A DNA stretch of 63,117 nucleotides, counting the filler, from Octopus bimaculoides (taxonomy: Eukaryota), in assembly GCF_001194135.2 (NCBI RefSeq). It is 4 parts of 3 records of this genome, joined end to end, with 100 filler letters (N's around TTAATTAATTAA, not from the genome) between each part and the next. Parts side by side here need not be neighbours in the genome. Positions count along the whole stretch, not along the records: positions 1 to 22,873 come from NC_068994.1; 3 more parts are not named here. The stretch is one strand, 5' to 3'. Below are positions 1 to 12,504 of this stretch, one piece after another. The position numbers and the translations under genes were made by a program. Under the pieces are notes generated by a model. That model saw only the letters and a program-made list of their open reading frames with translations. It was not told the DNA's origin and did no database searches. Every line of letters starts with the position of its first letter. Position 1 is the stretch's first letter.

Positions 1-17
1 TATATATATATATATGC

Positions 18-48
<31 letters not shown>

Positions 49-588
49 TGTATGTATATACGTGTGCATGTATGTATTGATACGTGTGTTTGTATATGCA
101 GAGGGAGAAAATGTGAGAGTGTGAGAAAGAGAGAAAACTTGCGAGTGATAAGAGCACCATTATTATGATATTCATCATAGTCTCTCAGAGCTGAGCTGAT
201 TAATGCTATGCCCGTTGCTTAATGTAAATACATCGGTATTACCTTCATGCATTTCTGTGAAATACGTGTGTCAGATTGATGGAGTTTATAGCCAAGATGC
301 TTTATCACAAACAAGACTCTTTGTGGCGATCTGTGCATATCGAGTATTTTATTCACGACCGCAGCTAATCTCTACAATCAATACCTTGCAATGCACATCG
401 ATTTTACTTATCTACTTCCCCAGAGGAAATTCGAAAGTGCATTGATAACGTTCTAAATGGGAATTTATCTTCCGAATAACCTCCCTCAACAGCATCAACA
501 GTAGCATTATGGGGGACGTTGACAAATTACGTTCTGTTAGAAGCGCTTACACACCTGGAATATTCATGTGTTTGTGTGAAAACATACA

Positions 589-622
<34 letters not shown>

Positions 623-1072
623 CATACTTACATATATATGTATCTATTATATATGTATGTATGCAAATATAATTTAATCTCGTAATCTATATAAAATGCT
701 AAATCTTATTAATATATGGATATAACACACGTACATGTACACAGATGTGCGCACACACAGACAGTCACACGCACTCTCACACATAATGATGTGTACACAT
801 AGGTGTGTATATATGTATATGTATATGTATATATATATATGTAAATATCAATATCTATAACTATATCTGTATATATATTTATATCATATTGATATATAGA
901 TAGGCAAATAGATTTACATTTTTTTTCATTACTACTGAAAGTTAATTAATCAGAGAAAGCTTACGAATATGAATATACCAGAACCATTTTACTTTTCTTA
1001 ACTTTGATGGTCACATATCTCTCCTTCTTCTCGGTGCGGATATGTATTCGCGTATACATATATGCATTTATT

Positions 1073-1131
<59 letters not shown>

Positions 1132-1344
1132 ATGTATGCGTGGACTTGCCTTGGTAATTGTTCCTAAGACATGGGACTTAACGCGAAAAATGACGTAACA
1201 CAGACATAGAATGCATTAAAATTTCAGTGAAATTCAATTGAAAATGACTTCCAGCTGTGATGACTATACTTTAGCAACGTATATATAAATGTGAAAAAAC
1301 AGAAACAAAAAAAACATTCGGTTAAGAAAAAGTAAGAGGCACAC

Positions 1345-1600
1345 CAAGTTGGGTGTAGCAGACTTCTCCCCCTTCGCTATAAGGGGCTGATCTGACATTC
1401 TTTACCAGGAAATCTCAGTCTCATATACATTAGAAAATTGCTACGAAATAAAGCTGTTTTCTTCAATAATCTTCGCCAATGCTGCAGGAAGCTCGGCCAC
1501 TGAAGTGCGCTCGTCGATGCATTCTCATCTTCGTCCATAAGGTTATGCACACTGTGTCACTGCTTGAATCGCACAAATCATCATGGACGGACCTTGAACT
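1345..1600 (-). pseudogene. Degraded Tigger/pogo transposase fragment
   Basis: Manual minus-strand translation gives F-V-R-F-K-Q-*-H-S-V-H-N-L and LAKIIEENSFIS*QFSNVYETEISW*RMSDQPLIAKGEKSA. These match the pogo/Tigger motifs GWFERFKKR..LHN and IIEEGGY..QQVFNxDETGLFWK.MP.RTYI.KEEK, with stops. Confidence 0.7.
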
Positions 1601-1689
1601 ACCCTGCCACATCATCAGGATATTTCTTGACGTCGTTTTTAATGAAATCGTTTTCCTTTTAATTTATCAAATAGTTTATGGGGATACAA

Positions 1690-1765
1690 CACGCCGCCGG
1701 TAATCGAACTCACGACCTTACGAATGTGAGTGGAATGAACTAACCACTAAACCACATGCCTCCAC
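1690..1765 (-). mobile_element. SINE family C, 5' head only
   Basis: Minus strand GTGGAGGCATGTGGTTTAGTGGTTAG...GAGTTCGATT has A/B-box-like motifs and is similar to the copy at 55061. Confidence 0.6.
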
Positions 1766-3799
1766 AAAGGTTTCCATAGCAACTTAAGAACTTGCCACTC
1801 TTCTGCATGATCGTTGGACACATAGAACTAACATCTTCATAACCATCAAAGATGGCTATTTTAATTCTACACTGACTCAACTGCGTATACCGACGTTTCA
1901 ATTCCTGATGTATCTCATTTGTGATATTGAGGACAAACACTTATATAATCACATGCATCATAGATGTCATAAGAAATAAACAGGATGGATGAAGAATTAC
2001 AAACTCTTTCAATGTACGCCTTGACGTAATGCGATACACTGTTACTGTGTAACATGGGACATCTTGACTAACTACAACTGTGATCAAAGTTACAGATATG
2101 ACCTTCCTTTCATTTGTTCTACACATTTCTGATATTGCATTATCCAATATATTCTTTTGTGTTGTTATTTGAAATGATGCAGCTGTTATTTCTAGCAAGT
2201 CGAGCAACCACGCCATTAGTTCACGATGTAGAACATTGTAAAATCATGATACACTCGCTAACTTGCTAGACATTTACATTGATTTCCCATTAAATGGCTG
2301 CTCTGAATTTGCTATTATTTTCATAGCTCCTGTCTAAACTTGTGTCTGTTTACTAATTGTAAGGTACAATTTCTTTTTGCTGTAATTTTTTTATTAATTA
2401 ATTAATTTATATATTTATTGTGAGCCCTGATGTGTTTTTTTATTGATTCGTTCATTTTGATTTCATGTTAGTAAAAATACTGTATATTACAGACACTTCA
2501 TGGACATTTGTAAGCAGAAACTTTAGTATCTCATTAAATGCGTTAAAAGTCGGTTGCTAACCTTCATATGTCCTTGCTCAAAAAATAAAAGCGACTCAAA
2601 ATATCCATAAAGACAAAATGTTTTCCCACCCTCAAATAAATGAGGATATCTTTGGTGCTTTTAACGACAATTGTAGCCATCTTTATTGAAAGGCAAGGCT
2701 TCAGAATATTGCTGCTGTAGTATTTCAAATCCATTTTTAATGCAAGTTTATATCCTTGTTTCACAAAATAATATTACATATCATTTCTATTATTCGCAAC
2801 TTGCCTATAGTTTTCTTTGATAATAAATATAGAAACAATATTTTAGTTATCACGATATGTGTGTGCCTGTGTGTGTCTTTGTGTCTCTGAGTGTGCGAGT
2901 GTGTCTATATTCTTATCCGTATCTTTCTTCTTTTCGTTTTTTTCTTTGTTCTGAACATTCGAATTGCATTCCGATAATTCAAATTTATTGTATCTACAGA
3001 AAGTTGCAAAGACATTACCAGTTTGTTTTTGTTTCTGATTCTATTTTTTCTTCTTTTTTTTGTTCTAGATATAGACGTTCTCTACATATATGAGTTTTAT
3101 ATGGCGATAGATTCTTTCGAAACATGTACAAAAGCCTAATATAGATTTATCTGTTATAACAACAATTTAGAAGTTTTGTACATTCTGAAGCCATTATAAC
3201 GTTAGTACCCCAATGAACGTTAGAGAAGAAATCATTGTGTAAAGATGCACACAGTTGTATTTCTATCTCAGACACAATTCTAAACGAAACAAATGTTTTT
3301 CTCAATCTACTTTCTAAAGGTGACAACTCCACATCAGAAATTTTTTATTGATTATTTTTTAACTCACTGAGAGTAAAAAGAAGAAAAAAAAGAGAAAAAG
3401 ATATTCATTCCTGATATATGTTTCTTATAATATCTTCCGATCTCATACCGTAGTTAGTAGCATTGTGTAATAAATTATAATTTATTGAAGACTTCGCTTT
3501 CTATTAGTTTTGAAAGAATAAAGAATTCTATAGCTGAGACATCTTTTAGTTTCTTTGCTTATTTTAGAAAGATATGTTCTTCCATTGAAATCATCTTTAG
3601 AATGAATGAAAAAAATGCGAAAGAAAATCTAAATCTCTGATATGGTAAATGCATGAAGAAAAAAATTATAATTTCGTGCGAAGAAACTAAAACTTGTTTT
3701 GGAGAATAATCTTTTTGTGTGTTTTAACAGTCAGGGGCAAAAATTGTGGGTTTCTAGGTGATACACACACACACACACACNNNNNNNNNNTATACATAC

Positions 3800-3834
<35 letters not shown>

Positions 3835-4769
3835 ATCTGTGCATATCATATTTTGTATCGTGTAGTAATGTATCATATATATATGCATATTGAAAGATTC
3901 GTGATAGAAGAAAATTCCAATCTCACTGACTATTGAATCAGATTTTCAAAGAAATTTGTAATGAAAGTGTGGAAACCACAGTGTGAGGGGGAGAGAGGGA
4001 AAAATGATAGTGAATTGAATGGGTAACATGTCAAAGAACGGTGGAGGGATTCGTTTGTCGAATAAAGCTTTCATATAAAAAGCTAACAACATAAAATATG
4101 ACCTGGAATACGGAGGAAATGAATTATCGCTACAAGTACGATTTCTATACACATATAAATATATTATATATGGTATCTATGGACACCTATATTTCATAAA
4201 ATTAGTTACCATTACGATTGCATAGCTTTCAACGTACTAACATCAGGTTTGTGAGTATTGTAAAAGAGAAATAATAGACAATCCGAGTTCAAAACTAGTG
4301 TCAGTTCTCGTTTATGTAAAATTCATATTTTTATTTTTCGTGGTTTGTAATAGCCTGTTGCTGACACAGCTTCCTAATATGAGTTATATTCTGCATTTCA
4401 AAGAAATACACTTCTCTCTTTCATCACTAATGCTCTTTGGAAACATATGAAGATCAAAATTGACAAAATTGTCTATTTAGAAAAAAAAGAATGGGATTTT
4501 TGAAAAAAAAATGTTCATTAACATTCAAAAGAAAAGAAGTGATTTGCAGATTAGATATAGCTGCAGAAAATATATTTGCGTGCAAACTATAGCAGGATGG
4601 ATGATTTTAAAATTGATTTATTGTTTAGTTTTTGTTTTAGTCTGGAGAAAGTATATGGAAGCATAATCTTCACAGGTTCTGTAAGTCCAGTGAGATTGTG
4701 GCGATTAATATTCCTCTCGAATAATTGAAACTTGACAGCTGAAATTGTTTTGCAGTGTAGGAGTACCCA

Positions 4770-4990
4770 GGGCCCAGAGTTCTGGGTGTAAGTGGTAGTT
4801 GTGGGTATTTAGTGCACGTACACAACATACTGTGTCACAAGTGTCTGAGGTGACATGTGGACTAGCAATATCCAAGGAGAAGACAAGCTGTTGATTGTGG
4901 TAGGAATATATGAGAGAGAATCGAGTGGGTTATTAGTTCACAGGGTAGAATATGCTGTCAATATTTCGTACGTAGTATTTGCTCTTGTGA
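4770..4990 (-). pseudogene. Penelope-like RT fragment, very degraded
   Basis: Translation KYYVRNIDSIF...HNQQLVFSLDIA...TVCCVRALNTHNYHLHP resembles the Penelope RT motifs RYVDDIF / LPFLDV / TVYRKPT.T..YLH. Confidence 0.5.
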
Positions 4991-5172
4991 TCAAGGATGG
5001 CTGTAAGGCCCTTGTCTATCCCAAAAGGGTCTTCACCACAACATTTCCGTGATGTTGTCGGTCGTTTCATTTGTACTTCAAGAAGTACATATAAAAGTAA
5101 TTATTCACCGTTCTCTCTAATGGTGATTAGAACAATGCTATGTACAAAACCAAATATATGACACCCTAGTGG

Positions 5173-5177
<5 letters not shown>

Positions 5178-5220
<43 letters not shown>
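5178..5220. repeat. (TAA)n microsatellite
   Basis: Direct observation. Confidence 0.95.
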
Positions 5221-5221
<1 letters not shown>

Positions 5222-5224
5222 TTA

Positions 5225-5445
5225 GCCAAAAGGATGTTGAATCATAGATATAGCCCAGCTGACAACAATGTATACTATAAGGAAGAAAGAAACGTCGATA
5301 GATATGACAGGTTATCTTGAAAGGTTAAGCAGTTGTGGTCGCTAAAAAATGTGGAAGTAGTAGCAATAATTGTCGGAGCTCTGGGCATGGTGAGTAAAAA
5401 TCTTGAGAAATACATGGAACAAAACTCATGTCGGATCAGAGGAAA
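5225..5445 (+). mobile_element. R4/Dong-like non-LTR retrotransposon, 3' restriction-like endonuclease (RLE) fragment
   Basis: KEERNVDRYDRLS*KVKQLWSLKNVEVVAIIVGALGMVSKNLEKYMEQ matches the RLE C-terminus (KE.EK..KY..L...W....V.V.P...GALG). Flanked by TAA repeats. Confidence 0.8.
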
Positions 5446-5510
5446 TATTAACAATGACAAATTGTAAAAGAAATGAAAATAATAATATCAGTGATGATAA
5501 TAATAATAAT

Positions 5511-5990
5511 GAAAGGAAGCGGTTGGAATCCCCCCATGTCGTCATTGATAATGCATCTGGTAACGGTGTCACAATAAAAACACTGGTAACTGCGCAACCT
5601 GATAACCGCAACTTCATATGAGTGACAATTAAACAATAAAATATTGTGAATAACGGTGGTAATGAACCTGAAGCAGGCTCAGAGATACTGGTCCGACTCC
5701 AGCCTGTCGTTATCTAGCAAGGGCGCAGCACACGTGGCGTAGATGGAACAAAGAAGTCAATGCTGTGGTCATGGAGTGTTTCTAGCAGAGCAACCCTGTA
5801 GATGAAAATTGTGTTCGTATTAGAGGATACCGACAACGTATGTATGATCAATGGAGAAAAAGAGGATTGTCTGAACTCACGGAACAGAGATTATGCGATC
5901 AAGCCAGAGCAAGAAGAAAAGATCGTTGGTTCACCGAAGCAGAGCTCGAAGCTATTACAAGACAGGTATTGTAAAAAAAAAAAGCAGAGG
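5511..5990 (+). mobile_element. R4/Dong-like element 5' region with N-terminal ORF remnant (coding ~5738-5971)
   Basis: RRWNKEVNAVVMECF*QSNPVDENCVRIRGYRQRMYDQWRKRGLSELTEQRLCDQARARRKDRWFTEAELEAI matches the N-terminal W..E.N..VMEC...GYR.RM...W......EQRL.DQ motif of R4-clade ORFs. Confidence 0.7.
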
Positions 5991-7392
5991 AAACGATGAA
6001 AATAGAGTTCCTACTGATAAAAGTAATCTCATAGCAGAAAACAGAGGTGAAATATATATGTGTGTGTGTGTGTGTGTGTAGGTATATGTTTGTATGTGTG
6101 TGTGTGTACAGATATATATGCGGTGAGGAAATGACAACATTACCTCCACTACTAACATCGTTCCATTCCTTTCCTCAGTTCATCAGACAACGAAGTTAAC
6201 TCGTCATACGTTTTGATCTTAAAATTTTTCATCGATCCTGTACCGCACTCGCCGATATAGATATAATAACGACAGATCTATCAATTGGTTGTGCAATGTT
6301 TTATATAAGTGGGCGTGAAAAGTAACTTTATGTAAAAGACAAAAAATAATAAATAATATTTATAACAAGGAACGCAATAGAGCAAAGCTCAGAGTTTTAA
6401 CATAAAGAAATGATTGAGTGTAGAAAAAATCAGACGATTTGGTGCCATATGTTTTCAGCAGACTTCTTAGTAACAATATACAGTAGAATCCATTAAACGA
6501 TGCAACTGGTCATGGCATTTGAAGCCCATTGAAGACTTTTAATCCTAGTTATTTCCCACAAAGACTTTTGAAGAATAAAGGATATTTATGGAAGGAATTA
6601 AAAGCTTTTAATATTTTAATGTTGCAAAATCATTGTTCTAGAAGAGTACACAAGGTTATAGAAATATCATTCACAAGCACGAATCCAAAATGCCAACCTC
6701 GAAAGTCTTCGGTATATGTAAATATTGGTAAGTTCATTTTCTCGGGAATATATAAGAAATATGGTTAGGATTTTCATTTAATATACTTCATCGATTCTGT
6801 AGTTAAATACAAGTAAATGTTGTTGAACTCTGCAGAGTTTAGTAAGATGAAAGTCGGTATAATGATATGTGGTATTTCAATACATATATCATTTCATATC
6901 AAATATTTAGTGAACTGGCTTTGAACTGCTGAAACCAGTGAAAGCTCGAAATCTTTGAACTCACAACCGAAGTGTAATTTGGCATGAAACTGATTTCAAT
7001 GCAGCATATTAAATAAATAAATATTTGATTTCATGTTGTGATAAACGATTTCCAATTCTGCTGACAAATTCTTTCATATAATACAACTTTGCTTTAATTT
7101 GTACGTAAAGAAAGCTTTTAAGCTTTTCCCAATCTGATAGTCACCATGCTACAATTAATTCGCCATAGCCATATAGTAAGTTGAGAACGAGGTAAAATAT
7201 TACCAAGCGTATTTAGTGTGATTAAAAGCCATATGGACTTTTAAAGCCTGCATACATTTACACACTCCAGTACAACACATGGACATACTTATATATACAT
7301 ATGTGTGTGTGTGTATGTATATATACACATTCTCCAACATTTACCTATATGTGAATATAAATATATATAAAACATATACATATGCATCCATA

Positions 7393-7425
<33 letters not shown>

Positions 7426-7518
7426 ATATATATACATTATATATATAGTACATATATGTATTCATATTATATATATATACATATTTAACAGACACATATA
7501 TATATGCATACATACATG

Positions 7519-7570
<52 letters not shown>

Positions 7571-8309
7571 TCTTACCCTCTCTTTAACTCCCACTTTTCC
7601 TCCTCGTTTATCTCCCCTGTACCTTTCCCTTTGTCTCTTTGATTTTTCTAATCCTTCAATCCCGCTACCCCTACCCCTCTCTCCTCCTTCCATGTGACCG
7701 GTGTACGGCCATCCATGATCATTCTTTCTTGGCCTGACTACCGACCGCCAATACCTCTTATTTCCTGAGAGATTTAGAAATATATTATTTCTATTTTCAA
7801 AATACTTATAGTTTGAAAGATGGTACTTCGTTACCACCTTCTAATGTGCTGCAGTGTATCTTGTCTAATGTATCAAATCTGCTTCATATACGTATTTTTG
7901 TTGCTGTGCCCGAATCTGAGTCGATGTTGAAGCAGATATATGTCAAGTTAATTAACTAGTCACTTGATAGCTTTAACTTTTAATTATTCCACTGTGGACT
8001 CTACAGAATATTAATTCATGTATAGTAATGCTGTAGCTAAAAGGTAGACGGAATTTCAGTCTCGAGTTTATTTTTACATATACCCATTGCAATTTTCTTC
8101 AATCTTTATAATTGAAGAAAGTGTTAAACAATTTTAAAAGCATGGCAATACGTGATATGGCGAATCCCGTGAATCTCCGAGTATGATTCCGACCGATTTC
8201 TTCCGAAAAGGGGAGAGAGACAAACAGAGAATAAGTAAAAGAGAGAAATGTCCATCTCAGTACAGGGCTAGTAATTTTTTAATAAGTATAACAAAAACAG
8301 GAAGACAGA

Positions 8310-8480
8310 GTGAATGAAAGTTGTGGTGAAAGAATACAGCAGGGTTCGCCACAACCCCCTGCTGGAGCCTCGTGGAGCTTTTATGTGTTTTTACTCAATA
8401 AACACTCACAACGCCCGGTCTGGGAATCGAAACCGCGATCCAAAAACCGAGAGTCCTTGCCCTAATCACTGGGCCATTGT
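8310..8480 (-). mobile_element. SINE family B, 5' half
   Basis: Reverse complement of the GGAGGCGCAATGGCCCAGTGG...GGTTTCGATTCCCAGACCGGG head seen at 23363 and 58354. Confidence 0.85.
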
Positions 8481-8484
8481 GTAT

Positions 8485-8622
<138 letters not shown>

Positions 8623-8729
8623 GTGTATGCGTGTGTACGTTTGTATTTATGTTTGCATACATACATACGTAAATACATACATACATACATACATACATAG
8701 ATGCATGCATGCATGCATACATACATGGT

Positions 8730-8990
8730 GGTTATGATGGTTGTCTACTCCTTATGCAGAGTTTAACCACCTCCTGTACCTACACCTTAGCACCATCATG
8801 GCAACCGATGTGGCTTTTTAAACCAGACAATGTTCTGAAATGACACCCATATAGATTGCGCATCTGATTTGGAATACCAAGAACTGCAGATAAGTTCTGC
8901 TCTTTGTAGATTTTAAAATGTCTCTTGAGGCCTCCGTTAGATTTGCAAACCTTCTGGAATACACTGCATTCAAAAGTGTGCACAGAGATA
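8730..8990 (-). pseudogene. Two degenerate C2H2 zinc-finger motifs, probably the 3' end of an RTE-type LINE
   Basis: FECSVFQKVCKSNGGLKRHFKIY and, after a frameshift, CAI-YGCHFRTLSGLKSHIGCH. Followed by a short tail ending in a (CATG/TATG) microsatellite. Confidence 0.5.
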
Positions 8991-9741
8991 CACACTTATA
9001 ATCCACCAGTTGAGTCGCACATTATAAACACAATCTGTAAATGGAAGAGCAAAAATATGCAAAACTTTTCTTATATTTAAAATCTAACATTGCTTTTGTT
9101 ATCAACATTCTCACGATATAGCTGTTTGTTAGAAACCAGCTCCTTCCTGAGAAGAATTTAAATAATTAAAAACAGAAAGGAACATACATGTATGTATCAA
9201 TACATAGGTGTGTGTTTTGTGTGTGTGCGTGTGTTTTTCTGTTCGTGTGTGTGCGTGTGTCTCTGCTGACGTGTGTGTGTATGTAACTTGAAAACTGCAA
9301 AATTTACATTTTAAACAGCATCAGTAATAATTCCTAAATTTATCACTCACGATATTAGTGTTTCAACATATTGATTATTTATACATTCATCATTGATGTC
9401 ATATTAATAAAATTTTATTAAGGATATATTATTGTGTAGTTTAGATAACATAAAGCAAGGATCAACAGCATTCCACCCATAACCATCCAATCTGATTTTT
9501 AGGCAAATTAATACATCTAACACTTCATTATACTACATGTACTTCCCTTTCTGATAGCGAAGGTTCTGATTTTATAGACATTCGACTAGATTTCTACCAA
9601 ATTAAGCGACCATATCGATGTTCCGCCGATGGTTCGCTTATCAAGCAAATTATACAGATAGAAAGATTATCTAGCGTCAAGTTTAAATACGAATGAAATT
9701 TACTATATCTGCGATCTATTAATGAAATCTAGTTACCGCCA

Positions 9742-9774
<33 letters not shown>

Positions 9775-10053
9775 CAACACCGCCACCAATAGTTTTATCG
9801 ATCAGCTTTTAATGATTAGATTTTCATATCCACATCTATGATCTACAACAATGCAGTAATGCAGTGAAGAATCAATGCTAACAGAGATTCCGATAAACTT
9901 CCGAACGACACTGCTTCTTCAATCAATACAAATAGAAGGCTAAAAACATCTGATTATAATGAAACTAGTGCACATCCTGGAAATGTGTTGTTAGACCTAC
10001 AGCCGATACTACTACGAGTAGTTGTACTACTACAATAGCTAATAATAATAATA

Positions 10054-10094
<41 letters not shown>

Positions 10095-10099
10095 AATAA

Positions 10100-10227
10100 T
10101 AAATCGACCCCCGGACTTTTCTATCGAACACTTTTCGCCGAACTGTTAAGTTACGGGAACGTAAATGCACCAACAACGGTTGTCAAGCAATGGTGGGGAC
10201 AAACACAAACACACAAATACATACATT

Positions 10228-10274
<47 letters not shown>

Positions 10275-10440
10275 CGGGCTTCTTTCAGTCTTTCGGTTTC
10301 TCTCTACCAAATCCACTCACAAGGCTATAGTAGCCCGAGGCTATAGCAGAAGACACTTGCCTAAGGTGCCACGTAGTGGGAGTGAATACGGACCCATGTG
10401 TTTCGGCAGCAAGCTTCTTACCACACAGCCACGCCTGCAC
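10100..10440 (-). mobile_element. SINE family A (octopus-type, internal microsatellite)
   Basis: Reverse complement of the 32174-32573 copy with the same modules (GGCAAGTGTCTTCT, GTGAGTGGATTTGGTAGA, GAAAGAAGCCCGTC, TTGACAACC, CCGTAACTTA). Confidence 0.9.
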
Positions 10441-10450
10441 CTATATATTG

Positions 10451-10640
10451 GTTTCAAATTTTGGCACAACGCCAGCAATTTCGGAGGCGGTTGCAAGTCG
10501 CTTACACCGAACCCAATCATCAACTAGCACGGATGTTATCGAACCCCCTGGAAAGGATGAAAGATAAAGTCGATCTCGACAGAATTTAAACTCGGAAGGT
10601 AAAGACGGGCGAAAAGCAGCTCAATATTTCCCCCAGGGTG
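10451..10640 (-). mobile_element. SINE family D, diverged
   Basis: TTTCAAATTTTGGCACAA.GCCAGCAATTTCGG...GAAAGGATGAAAG..AAAGTCGA is shared with 25467, 26349 and 15941. Confidence 0.8.
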
Positions 10641-12019
10641 CTAGGGCTTCTAATATTTCGCAGCTTTATCTTTGTGAAATATTAAAACTGTACACATTAA
10701 CCATTCCTTCTCTCTTTAGTTGTTTTCGATCTTCCAAAGTGATTAAAATATACTTTTCTCAAACACATTACCGGATGCAAAATTTAACACTCTGAAGCCG
10801 TTTTAACCGGCCTAGCATTTATTCCACGCACTCAAAGTGTCTGGTTATCTTGTCCTATAATATATACATAAATCGACTCTTACTGTCTTCCGGAACATAT
10901 TAATTTAAATTTATTCCTATACATGTTTCTTTTTTTTTTTTTATTACAGTAGTTTTGCAGCAAAAGTTAGTTTATAAGATAAAAGTTAAGACAAAGCACA
11001 ATCACGTCTTCAGTTTAGTTCAAACTACGTGCCGTGAATTTCAAACCAATTAAACGAAAGAGCTATGATGTTATATCGAAATAATTTTACTTTACAGTTC
11101 GATACTTACCAGTTAGGCTTCCATTGTTTGATAGTCAAAAATACTAAAAGGATGACATGATCAGTTACTGGAGTGGAAAGCAAAATGCCGACACGAAAGT
11201 TTTATAAAATGCTTTGAAAAGTAAAGCAAATTAATTAATATACTTGCTAGTGAAATACCTGAGAACAGTGCAGATTTAAAGGTATTGAATATACATAGGA
11301 GAATTGCCAGTATGGTTTTCATGGGAGTTAATGACTGTATTGTAAGAATTATGTAGATGCGAACAATTTCAGAATTTTCTGGTTTGGTAATTTTTTCTTC
11401 GAATCTTAATGAAATTAAATTCGGATTATAGCAAATTGTTAAAACTCTCACACATTACAACAAAATGTCTCCGCTACATACAATAATATGAGTTAAGCAA
11501 GAGAATAGTAATTCAATCGATTAGAAGGCGCCTTTAAGATTCAGTGGCGTAAGAAAGAAGTTAATATAAATATATGTGTGTATTTGTGTGCAAGAGCATG
11601 TATCTATATATTAGAAAATTACTATTTTTAAATCTCACAACGAGAGATATTCAGCAACAGTGCTTTGGCAGCGCCACCTCTATCCGAACAATTATTCTGT
11701 ACTGATGAAGGAAAATAACCTGGAAATCGCGATGCACTGATATTGTTTTGAGCTGAGTACGGGGTGCTAGATTCCCTTGTTCGAAAATATAAGGACACAG
11801 ATTGTGTCGTATAGCCAGCTGGAGACGATGTCTCCTGGGGTTAAATTACAGCAACATTCGTCCTAAACCGGGACTGCCATGTTATGTTGGCAAAAATCTT
11901 TTACTCCAGCATGTATCTAATGTAAATATATGAGCACACTCACACCCGCGAACACATACACACCCGGGTTCATATACACACAGACATATATACGAAATGA
12001 AATTATCAACACCTTTCAA

Positions 12020-12504
12020 AATTATGAATTTTGGTTGAGTATTCCAATAGAAACAGCAGCTCGATATAGAAAATCCCTCTGTTATGGAATACATTCATAA
12101 ACACTAACTCAAGAAATACTGGTGAAATATTCACATCAAAAATTCTGTCGAATCTAAACATAACCGTGCCGAATATTGTTGTTTGGAACAGAGGGGCAAA
12201 GGTACGTAGCATCATAGAGGTCAGCTGCCCTGCAGATATAAATATCTCTTTGAAAATCAAAGAAAAAGAGGACATCTACGGAAAAATGCTTCGAAACCTC
12301 CAGCTTCTATATCCAAACTACGAATTCATATTTATACCAATAACAATTAGAGCACTCGGTTTTGTTAGTAAATGCTTAAAGGAGAATCTGGATAAACTGG
12401 GATTTTCAGAAAGAGAAATCGACCGGATAATTCGTACATTATGAGTGCAGTCTGTGAGTGGAACAGTAAAAATATGGAAAACTTTTCTCAAGTTCCAAAT
12501 ATGA
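12020..12504 (+). mobile_element. RLE-type non-LTR retrotransposon 3' end (second family)
   Basis: KHNR(P)NIVVWNRGAKVRSIIEVSCPADINISLKIKEKEDIYGKMLRNLQLLYPNYEFIFIPITIRALGFVSKCLKENL...SVSGTVKIWKTFLKFQI* contains the RLE PD..(D/E)xxxP.D and IGALG-like motifs. One frameshift and one stop. Confidence 0.85.

Noticed and set aside
7877-7938. 10-bp inverted repeat as a possible pre-miRNA
   Set aside because: The stem is too short and does not extend.
11690-11750. Hammerhead-like CTGATGA-AGG..CCT-GGAAA
   Set aside because: There is an extra G before GAAA, no G10.1-C11.1 pair, and stem I does not form.
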